From Terriglobia bacterium (GTDB lineage: Bacteria > Acidobacteriota > Terriglobia > Terriglobales > Acidobacteriaceae): DNA of 64,000 nt. The position numbers and the translations under genes are program-made. The notes beneath the pieces are model-generated. The model saw only the letters and a program-made list of their open reading frames with translations, did not search any database and was not told the DNA's origin. Below are positions 53,799 through 62,441 of this stretch, in pieces. The stretch is from the NCBI GenBank assembly GCA_963831565.1, contig CAWHQS010000006.1, positions 32,156 to 96,155 of the forward strand. Direction: 5' to 3'. The stretch's first letter is position 1, and every line of letters begins with the position of its first letter.

Positions 53799-56594
53799 AT
53801 GACGAAAGAATTATTTGTCTCTTCCACGCCCCACGAAACCAAGGTGGGGATGGTCGAAGACGATCTGCTCGCTGAAATCTACCTCGAACGGGAAAACGAA
53901 TACACTCTGGCAGGTTCCATCTACAAAGGTCGCGTGACCCGCGTCCTGCCTGGAATGCAATCCGCTTTTGTCGATATTGGTCTGGAACGCGATGCCTTCC
54001 TCTATGTCTCCGACTTTATGGAGTTGGAAGACTCCGAGGACCTCGACGAAGTTCCCACTAATCGGCCCGCACCCGAGCGCTATCAGCCGCCGGCGCAGGC
54101 CGAAGCCCACACTGGCGAGAACTTTGCTGCTCCTGTCCTGGCAGAATCACAGGCCTCGGAACATTTGGACACAGAACCGGGAAATGGCGATCCGCCTGCA
54201 GCCGGCGAATCCAGGGAAAATCGTGGCAGTTTCCGGGGCCGGCGTCGGCGCCGCGGACGCCGCGGCGAGCGCCTGCCGGAAAGCAAGTTCGCCCGTCCCG
54301 AAGCGGAAGCGCCGCGGGAAGCCCCCCGCACTGAGCGAGTGGAGCGCACCGAACGGCCCGAGCGATCGCAGTTCTCCGAGCGAAGCGGACGGTCGGAACG
54401 GCCCTCGAGGACGGAGCGTCCCGAGCATTCCGAATACGGACCGCCGCCGGGGTATCAACCCATCATTTTGCCGGGAGAGTCGATCTCAAAATATCGCGGG
54501 CTGGCGCAGGTCCGGCCTGCACCTGCTCACGAGAGAGCTGCGGCCCCCGCCCAGGACGCGCCCGCCCGGCCGATCGCCGAGATTTTTGCGGATGATGAGC
54601 CCATCTTTGCCTCAACCCCAGCCTCAGCCCCAGCCTCAACTTCAGCTCCTGCCGTTGCCTCTGAACCGTTTCGGGAGCGCGCAGAAGAGTCAGAGCGGCC
54701 TCAGCCGGTCGGCGCCGACGATACATCAAGCGCCTGGGACCGCGGACAGCAACGCCTCCACCAGATGAACGTGGCCGCCGTATTCGGTGGCGAAGCTACC
54801 GAGCAGGAGGAGCACGAACCAGCCAACGACGCCGATGAGAGCGACGACAGGTTAGTAATCGTTGCCGAGGATTCACATCGGGCCGCCCCTGCCGGTGCCG
54901 GGGGCACGGTGGAGGAAGAAGAGATCGAGGAGGAAGAAGCCGACTTGGCCCACTACGTCGAAGATCTCGAAGAAGATGCTGCCTTCGAGGAACTCGAAGA
55001 GGAAACCCACGCCGCCGGTGAACACGAACACGCACACGAGCAGCCCGCACGGGAAATCGCTGCCTCCGCGGAGCCGTCGCCGGCGGACGCTGTGCCCTTT
55101 TCTCCGGAAGCGATTTCTTCGGAAGAAGTGGATGTAGCGGCGGCGGACGAAGTTGACGAAGAAGCCGAAGAAGAAGCCGAACTGGATGAAGCCCAGGCGG
55201 AAGCGGAAGCCGTGCTGGCCGCCGAAGCCGGGGGTACGGGAATGACCGAGGCTCGCGCCGAAGTTCGGGGGCCCGCCGGCACGGCGGGCTATACCCAGCG
55301 CGCGCCCCGTCCGGGATACGATCGCCGTCCCCAGCGCGGCGGCCGCCGCGGCGGTGGCGGACGCAGGTCGCGCAGTAACCAGCAACAGAATATGCCGCTG
55401 ATCACCGACCTGCTCAAGGAAGGGCAGGAGATTCTGGTCCAGATTGCCAAGGAGCCCATCGGCAAGAAGGGCGCTCGCATCACCAGCCACATCGCGCTGC
55501 CCGGCCGCTTCCTGGTGTACATGCCGACCGTGAATCACACCGGGGTGTCCCGCAAGATTGCTTCCGAAGAAGAGCGCCAGCGGCTGAAGCGCATCATCCA
55601 GAGCGAGCGCGAGAACGGGCACGGCGGATTCATCGTCCGCACCGCCGCCATGAATGCCGCGGAAGAAGATCTGCGCGCCGACATCCGTTTCCTGAAAGGC
55701 CTATGGACTGAGATCAAGTCTCGTGCCGATGCCGGCAAGGGACCAACCCTGATTTATCACGATCTCAACGTAGTCGAGCGCGTGCTGCGCGACCAGGTCA
55801 CTTCCGATTTCTCCACCATCTGGGTGGACAGCGACGAAGAGTACGAACGCATTCTGCGCTTTGCCAACCGCTTCCAGCCCGCGCTGGTCAAGCGGGTCAA
55901 GCTCTACACCAAGGAAACGCCCCTCTATGAACAATTCGGCCTGAGCGAGGAGATCAACAAGGCGCTCAAGTCGAAAGTCTGGCTGAAAAGTGGCGGCTAC
56001 ATTGTCATCAACCAGACCGAAGCGCTGGTCGCGATCGACGTGAACACCGGCAAATACGTAGGCAAGACGACGCGTCTGGAAGACACCATCGTCAAGACCA
56101 ACGTGGACGCGATCAAGGAGATCGTGCGCCAGATACGATTGCGCGACCTGGGCGGCATCATCATCATCGATTTCATTGACATGGATGAACGGCGCAACCG
56201 CCAGAAAGTCATGCAGGCCCTCGAAGAGGCCCTGCGCAGCGATCGGGCGCCATCCAAGGTGCTCCAGTTTAACGATTTCGGACTGGTGGCCATTACCCGC
56301 AAGCGGGTGAAGCAGTCGCTCGAGCGCACCATCGGTTCCCCCTGTCCGTACTGCCAGTCCACCGGCTTTGTGAAATCGGTGACCACGGTTTGCAACGAAA
56401 TTTATCTGGAGATGCGCAAGATCGCGAAGCATCTGGAACACGCGGATGTGATGCTGCGGGTCAATCCCGATGTGGCCAAGGCGCTCAAGGCCAATAACGG
56501 CAAGGCCCTGATCGAGATGGAAGAGATGACCAAAAAGACCGTGATCGTGAAGAGCGATCCGGCGCTGCATCAGGAGCAGTTTGATATCAACTGA
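53799..56594 (+). CDS. rne: ribonuclease E/G family endoribonuclease with a large disordered insertion
   Basis: The N-terminus is colinear with RNase E/G (IYKGRVTRVLPGMQSAFVDIGLERDAFLYVSD). The sequence resumes at LKEGQEILVQIAKEPIGKKGARITSHIALPGRFLVYMP, and the catalytic core follows (ALVAIDVNTGKY). A CPxCxGxG-type Zn-link is present (CPYCQSTG). Confidence 0.88.
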   Translation: MTKELFVSSTPHETKVGMVEDDLLAEIYLERENEYTLAGSIYKGRVTRVLPGMQSAFVDIGLERDAFLYVSDFMELEDSEDLDEVPTNRPAPERYQPPAQAEAHTGENFAAPVLAESQASEHLDTEPGNGDPPAAGESRENRGSFRGRRRRRGRRGERLPESKFARPEAEAPREAPRTERVERTERPERSQFSERSGRSERPSRTERPEHSEYGPPPGYQPIILPGESISKYRGLAQVRPAPAHERAAAPAQDAPARPIAEIFADDEPIFASTPASAPASTSAPAVASEPFRERAEESERPQPVGADDTSSAWDRGQQRLHQMNVAAVFGGEATEQEEHEPANDADESDDRLVIVAEDSHRAAPAGAGGTVEEEEIEEEEADLAHYVEDLEEDAAFEELEEETHAAGEHEHAHEQPAREIAASAEPSPADAVPFSPEAISSEEVDVAAADEVDEEAEEEAELDEAQAEAEAVLAAEAGGTGMTEARAEVRGPAGTAGYTQRAPRPGYDRRPQRGGRRGGGGRRSRSNQQQNMPLITDLLKEGQEILVQIAKEPIGKKGARITSHIALPGRFLVYMPTVNHTGVSRKIASEEERQRLKRIIQSERENGHGGFIVRTAAMNAAEEDLRADIRFLKGLWTEIKSRADAGKGPTLIYHDLNVVERVLRDQVTSDFSTIWVDSDEEYERILRFANRFQPALVKRVKLYTKETPLYEQFGLSEEINKALKSKVWLKSGGYIVINQTEALVAIDVNTGKYVGKTTRLEDTIVKTNVDAIKEIVRQIRLRDLGGIIIIDFIDMDERRNRQKVMQALEEALRSDRAPSKVLQFNDFGLVAITRKRVKQSLERTIGSPCPYCQSTGFVKSVTTVCNEIYLEMRKIAKHLEHADVMLRVNPDVAKALKANNGKALIEMEEMTKKTVIVKSDPALHQEQFDIN

Positions 56595-56599
56595 AAAGC

Positions 56600-56680
56600 A
56601 GCTTCTGGCTGTTAGCTCCTAGCTTCTAGCTTCTAGCTAGTTCCTCAACTGCAGAATGGAGAACGGGCGTCCTCGCCCGC
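56600..56680. repeat. AGCTTCT heptamer array plus conserved GC-rich core
   Basis: AGCTTCTGGCTGTTAGCTCCTAGCTTCTAGCTTCTAGCTAG is followed by the core ATGGAGAACGGGCGTCCTCGCCCGC (56656-56680). This core is the same as at 48200 and 26231. It starts 6 nt after the rne stop. Confidence 0.7.
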
Positions 56681-56751
56681 TTTTCTTTTTGTGCCGTTTG
56701 CGTCATCACCCCGCTGCATTGCACAATGACTCTCTGGGCCCAGGAGAAACT

Positions 56752-57876
56752 GTGAACAAGCGCATTCGGAGTGTTCTTCTAGCGGGATCCTGCTTTTTCT
56801 TGACCGTGTTTTGGAGCGCGCTTGCCTGCGCGCAGCTTCCCGCGCACCCCCTTAAAACCCGCAACGTTGTCCTGATCGTGAGCGACGGTTTACGCTGGCA
56901 GGAGATTTTCACCGGGGCCGACCCCACGCTCATGGACGGCGAGCACGGGGGCATTTGGGCTGACCCCAAGGACCTCAAGCAGAAGTTCTGGCGCGACGAT
57001 GTCGGCGAACGGCGCATGGCTTTGTTCCCGTTTCTGTGGAGCGTGGTCGCGAAGCAGGGGGAGATTTACGGCAACCAGACCAAGGGCAGCGTGGCGCGTG
57101 TCACTAATGGCATGGCATTTTCCTATCCCGGCTACAACGAAATGCTGACCGGACATCCGGACCCCAAAATCGATCGCAACGAGTTCGGTCCCAATCCCAA
57201 CCTGACCGTATTTGAATGGCTGAACCGGATGCCGGAATTCCACGGCAAAGTTGCAGTCTATGGCACGTGGACCGTATTCAAAGACATCTTCAACGAAAAG
57301 CGCAGCCGCCTGGTCATGCAGGCGGGATGGGACCTGCCGGAGAAAGGGAAGCTTACCCCGCGCCAGGAACTGATCAACGAACTCTACCGCACCACCACGC
57401 CCCTGGATGACGAGGACACCTACAATTCGTTTATTCAGATTCCGTTGCTGGACTATGTGAAGACGGCGCATCCGCGAGTGTTGTTCGTAGGCTACGGCGA
57501 GACCGACAACTGGGCGCACCAGGGACGCTACGATCTCATGCTGGAGAGCGCTCATGGCTTCGATCACTTCGTTCAGCAACTCTGGGAAACCATGCAGGCG
57601 ATGCCGGAGTATCGCGGCCAGACCACTTTCATCCTTACCACTGATCACGGCCGTGGCAGCGGGCTGGTCGAATGGAAAGAGCACGGCGTGGATGAAAAGG
57701 GTTCGGAGAATATCTGGATCGCGATGATAGGCCCCGATACTCCCGCGCTGGGAGAACGCCAGAATGTGGGACCAGTCACGCAATCCCAACTCGCCGCTAC
57801 CGTCGCCGCTTTCTTGGGCCAGGACTATCCCCACGAGGTATCTGCAGCGGCCAGGCCATTGCCTGATGTGTGGTGA
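56752..57876 (+). CDS. alkaline-phosphatase-superfamily metalloenzyme (phosphodiesterase/pyrophosphatase-like), secreted
   Basis: ORF 56656..57876 trimmed to the GTG at 56752 (AGGAGA at 56742-56747), which gives a signal peptide. VVLIVSDGLRWQEIF is an AP-superfamily metal and nucleophile block, and TTDHGRG is also present. Confidence 0.7.
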   Translation: MNKRIRSVLLAGSCFFLTVFWSALACAQLPAHPLKTRNVVLIVSDGLRWQEIFTGADPTLMDGEHGGIWADPKDLKQKFWRDDVGERRMALFPFLWSVVAKQGEIYGNQTKGSVARVTNGMAFSYPGYNEMLTGHPDPKIDRNEFGPNPNLTVFEWLNRMPEFHGKVAVYGTWTVFKDIFNEKRSRLVMQAGWDLPEKGKLTPRQELINELYRTTTPLDDEDTYNSFIQIPLLDYVKTAHPRVLFVGYGETDNWAHQGRYDLMLESAHGFDHFVQQLWETMQAMPEYRGQTTFILTTDHGRGSGLVEWKEHGVDEKGSENIWIAMIGPDTPALGERQNVGPVTQSQLAATVAAFLGQDYPHEVSAAARPLPDVW

Positions 57877-57944
57877 CCATCCTGGAGACCGCCACAAACT
57901 GCGTGTGGGTAGATGAGGGCATCCGCCCCTAGGTGGTTTGTGTT

Positions 57945-58484
57945 CTATCGCGGCCGCCGGTATTCAGCGTCGAACACCGTCTCCCACGTCCTCCCCGCAT
58001 CCCGCGAAATCTCGATTACCTGATGTACCCGGCCGCCAGGCAGGGGCGTGAGCGTGGTGCGATCAAGATGCGATTTACCGTCTGGATGAAGGATTTCTCC
58101 CTGGAATCGGACGCTGCCGTCTTTCGTTTCTGCGATCAATGCTTTCTCTTTGATCGGTCCGGCGTCGGTTACCCAAACCTGCTTCCACTGTTGCTTTGCG
58201 CGCTGATAGTAGAAGAGACTCTTGCCCTCACCGCTGCCGTCCGCTTCCTTCCAGTTCTCGACGATGGCGCATCCGCCCACAATCTTCTCGACGACATCAG
58301 TGCCGTTCAACTTGCCGTCATGATTGTCGTAGACATCCCAGGCGCCGACCCAGAAGTCGAATTTTTGGTATTCAGGATCGCTTTGGCAGGGACTGGAGGG
58401 GGCGCGGCTGGCGGATTGAGCGTTCAGCGAAGTTAACCTGGTGAGAGAAAACAGTAACACCGCCGTCCAGTTTCGAAATCGCAT
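57945..58484 (-). CDS. hypothetical secreted protein
   Basis: 179-aa ORF with a signal peptide (MRFRNWTAVLLFSLTRLTSLNAQ). It is beta-rich, and I could not assign a family securely. Confidence 0.6.
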   Translation of the reverse strand: MRFRNWTAVLLFSLTRLTSLNAQSASRAPSSPCQSDPEYQKFDFWVGAWDVYDNHDGKLNGTDVVEKIVGGCAIVENWKEADGSGEGKSLFYYQRAKQQWKQVWVTDAGPIKEKALIAETKDGSVRFQGEILHPDGKSHLDRTTLTPLPGGRVHQVIEISRDAGRTWETVFDAEYRRPR

Positions 58485-58541
58485 GCCGCCTCCCCTGCAA
58501 GAGTCACAGACGGGAGAGGCGGCAAAATGTCACCGCAGCCG

Positions 58542-58757
58542 CTAACTCTTGCCGCGGCCGGCAATCATGAGTCCTGCTCCGACCACGAGCATGACCGCGC
58601 TGATGGCAGGCGAAACTTTTTCACTATCGTGAGTTTGAACTCCGATATTGACATCACCGGCCTTGATGCCGTGGTTTTCGGAGTGCGGAATCGCGACGAA
58701 GAACGAAAGGATCCCCAGAATCACAACCGCCAGCCCCACTACAAATAGAGCCTTCAT
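58542..58757 (-). CDS. hypothetical small membrane protein (71 aa)
   Basis: It has two clear TM segments (LFVVGLAVVILGILSFFVAI and ISAVMLVVGAGLMIAG) and an ATG start. Confidence 0.5.
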   Translation of the reverse strand: MKALFVVGLAVVILGILSFFVAIPHSENHGIKAGDVNIGVQTHDSEKVSPAISAVMLVVGAGLMIAGRGKS

Positions 58758-58844
58758 TAGAAGCCTCCAGCTTGAGAGTCGAGTGCATGGACCCGAGCGT
58801 CCATCGGCCGCTTAAGATGCGGTCGAGGACCAGCGGGATGCATC

Positions 58845-60390
58845 TCATCCCTTGCTATCGGCAAAATCGCGAGCAAACTCCACCAGGCTACGGAGTGCAA
58901 TTCCAGAGGGCCCTTTGGCAATCCAGGGCTTCTGCTCTTCGGTCCAGGCGGTGCCGGCGATATCGAGATGCAGCCAGGGCGTCTCCTCGGCGAACTCTTT
59001 CAGGAACATGGCCGCGGTGATGGCGCCGCCCCATCGTCCGCCGGAGTTGACGATGTCGGCGATGTTGGAGCGGATAATCTCCTTGTATTCGTCGTCGAGC
59101 GGCATGCGCCACATTTTCTCGCCCGCTTTATCGAGCGCCTGGCTGAAGCGGTTGTACATGGCGTCATCGTTAGCAAAGATGCCGGCATTGATCGAGCCTA
59201 AGGCAACCACGACCGCGCCGGTAAGCGTGGCTGCGTCAATCAGGTGAGTGCAGCCGAGCTGGCGTGCATAGAAAAGGCCATCCGCCAGCACCAGGCGTCC
59301 TTCGGCATCGGTATTGATGATCTCGATGGATTTGCCCGACATGGCGATCTGCACATCGCCCGGTTTTTGCGCTTTGCCCGATGGCATATTTTCCGTGGCC
59401 AGAATAATGGCCGTAATTTTCAACTTGGGCTTCAACAGAGCGATGGCGCGCATGGCGCCGATCATGGTGGCGCCGCCCGCCATGTCGTACTTCATCTTTT
59501 CCATGCCGTCGCTGGGCTTGATGGAAATGCCGCCGGTGTCGAAGGTGATACCTTTTCCCACCAGTCCCAGGACTGGTTTTTCGGGAGCACCGGCCGGCTC
59601 GTAACGCAACACAATCAACGTCGGCGGTTCGTCGGAGCCCTGGGCCACGCTCCAGAAGGCGCCCATTTTGAGTTCCTTGATCTTGTCGGTGCCGTAAACG
59701 TCACACTTCAAGCCGACTTCCGCTGCCATCTTCTTCGCGCGGTCGGCGAGGATGGTGGGCGTCATGCGATTGGAAGGCTCGTTGACCAGGTCGCGAGTGA
59801 AATTCTGCGATTCGCCGACGATGCGGGCTTCCTCCACTGCCTGCTGCAGTTTGGCCTGATCGCCGCGAGCGACCACGGTGAGCCCGTCGATCCTCTGGTC
59901 CTTGCGGTCGCTCTTGTAGTAGTCCGGATCGAAGTTGCCGACAAAGGCGCCCTCGACGATGGCCTTGACTGCATCTTCCGTCTTCAAGCCCCGCCTCGGG
60001 CGCGAGGAAGGCGAAGCTGCGCAGGCCTTTGGCTTTCAGCGTGCGCACGGCAGCGCCGGCAAGGCGGCGCAAGTCGAACGCAGAAAAAGTGTTGGCTTTG
60101 CCGCCGCCCAGAAGCAACAGCCGTTTGGCTTTCAGTTTCGCCGGCCGGTGCAGCAGCGTGGTTTCGAAGACTTTGCCAGTCACCTCGCCCCCAGCGATCA
60201 CGTCGGCAGCCGCATCCTTGACGGCAGTGTCGGCAGTTTCGATCGAGACCTGCGGTTTGTCCTTTTCTGGACGATCTTTTTCTGGACGATCTTTGTCGCC
60301 GCGATTCTTATCTGCTCTATCGAGCACGATCACGACCAGGCATTCGGTTTCTACATCGGCAGGATTGGAGAGGGAAAGATTAGTTTTCAT
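58845..60390 (-). pseudogene. pepA: leucyl aminopeptidase (M17, PepA) interrupted by one frameshift in a G4 run (pseudogene or sequencing error)
   Basis: The N-terminal ORF is 59701..60390 and the C-terminal ORF is 58845..59987, which contains NTDAEGRL. The two overlap. Removing one base of the C4 run at 59989-59992 (G4 on the coding strand) gives ...FAFLAPEAGLKTEDAVKAIVEGA... The 1546-nt span minus 1 nt gives 515 codons. Confidence 0.8.
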
Positions 60391-60450
60391 GATTGTGTGG
60401 TTCCAGTATCGTCGGCGGGAAGGGAATTAGGCAAGAGCTGTTGAGAGACG

Positions 60451-60642
60451 CTACTCCGGGGAGTCGGCATCTTCGTCGTCCGCCTCCAGCTTTTGCCAGA
60501 CCACAAAACAGGGGAGGCCAACTGCAATGGAGCACCCCATGATGAGCCAGCCCACATCTTTCGTCACTGGAGCGAACATGAAAGCCAGCCCCGCTAGCAC
60601 GCTCAGGCCTTTGGCGATGGCCCTGACGATTCGTCTTACCAT
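60451..60642 (-). CDS. hypothetical small membrane protein (63 aa)
   Basis: It has two TM-like segments and an acidic tail (EADDEDADSPE), with an ATG start. There is no homology evidence. Confidence 0.4.
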   Translation of the reverse strand: MVRRIVRAIAKGLSVLAGLAFMFAPVTKDVGWLIMGCSIAVGLPCFVVWQKLEADDEDADSPE

Positions 60643-60873
60643 AGGTTCCTGAACGGCAGTCGCTTCCGCGGAATTATAGAGGCTTTGCTACTCTTTAGTT
60701 CTTAACCCCCAATCTGTCCCACCATCTCGATCGCACGATGTTTCTGGGCCAGCGTAGTCCCCGGTCCGAAGGAAGTCGCGGAGTAGTGCGGCTACGTGTT
60801 GACGCACGTTGTCCGCAACCACAGGATGACTATGGACAACAGAGAAGTTTCAGAACTAGGTGCTGGTTCGACG

Positions 60874-61260
60874 TCAAAGCACTACGATGGTGATTCCCAG
60901 ATTCCGCCTGCCCAGATCGGTGTCCTGCTTCAGTTCGGGGTTCGCTTTGAGAAGGGCCCAAGCCTGCTCGTCGGAGCGGGCCCAGTTCTCACCGAAAATG
61001 CAAGCACGAATCTCGCCTCGACTCGCCCTTTCGGTTAGGAGTTTTTGCGCCGCGATGCGGATATCGCCGCCGGCCCCGCTCGATCCATAGCCGTGAATGA
61101 GCTTAAGCGCAATACATCCCGCCTCGCGAGAGCGCGACAGTTCGCGCTCCAGATGTTGTAAGGCTTCGGGGACGGTCGGCATGCCGGTCTTGAGGTTGAC
61201 GGTTCTGATGCTCTTGACCTCAGTTATGTAAAGTACCTCAGTGGCTGAAGCCGCCGCCAA
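60874..61260 (-). CDS. Smr (small MutS-related) domain protein
   Basis: VNLKTGMPTVPEALQHLERELS ... IALKLIHGYGSSGAGG matches the Smr layout, with its LDLHG-like and HGxG motifs. The start is a TTG in the ORF track. Confidence 0.65.
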   Translation of the reverse strand: MAAASATEVLYITEVKSIRTVNLKTGMPTVPEALQHLERELSRSREAGCIALKLIHGYGSSGAGGDIRIAAQKLLTERASRGEIRACIFGENWARSDEQAWALLKANPELKQDTDLGRRNLGITIVVL

Positions 61261-61519
61261 AAAATAAGGCCATCAATGCAGCGCTGAAGCGCTGCTCTCC
61301 CTGAAGCGGGGTTAAAGCGCGGTGCTCTGAAACCGACTCCGAACCGTGATGTGCTCTCCTCAGGGTCTCGATCTTCATTGTGTTGGCCCGGCCACATTGT
61401 GTGTAGCGATCAACACTCTGCGAACCTCCAGCTGCCCGTAACCCGCGTCCAGTCAGTGTCTTCCGCGATGGCCGCACTCGTGCCATCTCCCTGGGCGGGC
61501 AGTGACCCAGGAGGAATCT

Positions 61520-62441
61520 ATGACGCAACTCAACTTGTCCGGCAGGCAGTCCAATCACCCGCAGCAGAAATCGGCTGCAGAACCCGAAGGCGGATCGATC
61601 AGGAACCAGACCGTGGGGGCGCTGGGAGCGCTCGCCATGTTTGCCGCCGTGATCGTGATCGGCAGCTGTTCCAGCAGCAAGCCGGTGGCAGTGCAGCAAC
61701 CCGTTCAACCCACGGCACCGGTTTCAGCTCCCGCCGTTGCCACGCCGGCCCCGCCCACCGCGCCGGTGCAGGCGAAAACAAAAACCAGGAAGCACCGGGC
61801 GGCAACTCTTTCCTACGTCAACCGGGAGTACGGACTCTCTTTCAACTTTCCGCGAAACTATCGGCTTAAGACGGGTAACGCAGTGCAAGGTGCCCCGGGC
61901 CTGACTGAGCCGGCGCAGATGAATTTTGTTCATCCCGGCGGAGTGATGCTGGCAGCTGTGGAGATGCCGCGCAACTCATATCCCGGTACCGATTTCGAAT
62001 CCGCCTTCGTCAATGCCAGCGTGAATCCGGGTATGAGCTCTGAAGCTTGCGCTCAATTTGAGCTTCCCGAGCCGGGCGTAGGAACGGAAGCCTCGTCCTC
62101 AGCAAAGATCGAGGATGTCAAGATTGGCGCCCTTGAGTTCCATGAAGTCGAGAACGCCATGATGAAGCAGGCCGACGCGCGCTACTATCACGTCTTCAGC
62201 CAGGGGGCTATGCTATGAATTTGCCCTGGGAATCGGGACCGACGGCGACGTCAACGTGGAAGGGATCACGCCGGTCGATCGTGAACAGGTGTTTGGCAAG
62301 CTGGAGAGGATTCTGGCGACGGTGAAACTTCAACCTGCGGTGATGCCAGAGACCCAGGCTCCGGTTCCGTCGGTTGCCGCCACCGCGCCGAGCGACTCTT
62401 CTCCGACCCCGGAACGCGAAGCGACCAAGCCGAACTTCTAA
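61520..62441 (+). pseudogene. hypothetical membrane-anchored or lipoprotein-like protein interrupted by one frameshift in a G5 run
   Basis: ORFs 61502..62218 and 62256..62441 join. Deleting one G of the G5 run at 62203-62207 gives ...YYHVFSQGLCYEFALGIGTDGDVNVEG... The 922-nt span minus 1 nt gives 307 codons. The ATG at 61520 is preceded by AGGAGG (61509-61514). Confidence 0.55.

Noticed and set aside
50129-60221. Other long antisense or alternative-frame ORFs: 50129..51199 (-), 53968..54768 (+), 54873..55622 (-), 55701..56570 (-), 56890..57897 (-), 59244..60221 (+)
   Set aside because: Each is fully nested in a gene with strong family signatures (mrdA, rne, the AP-superfamily gene, pepA). 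All are GC-driven open frames.
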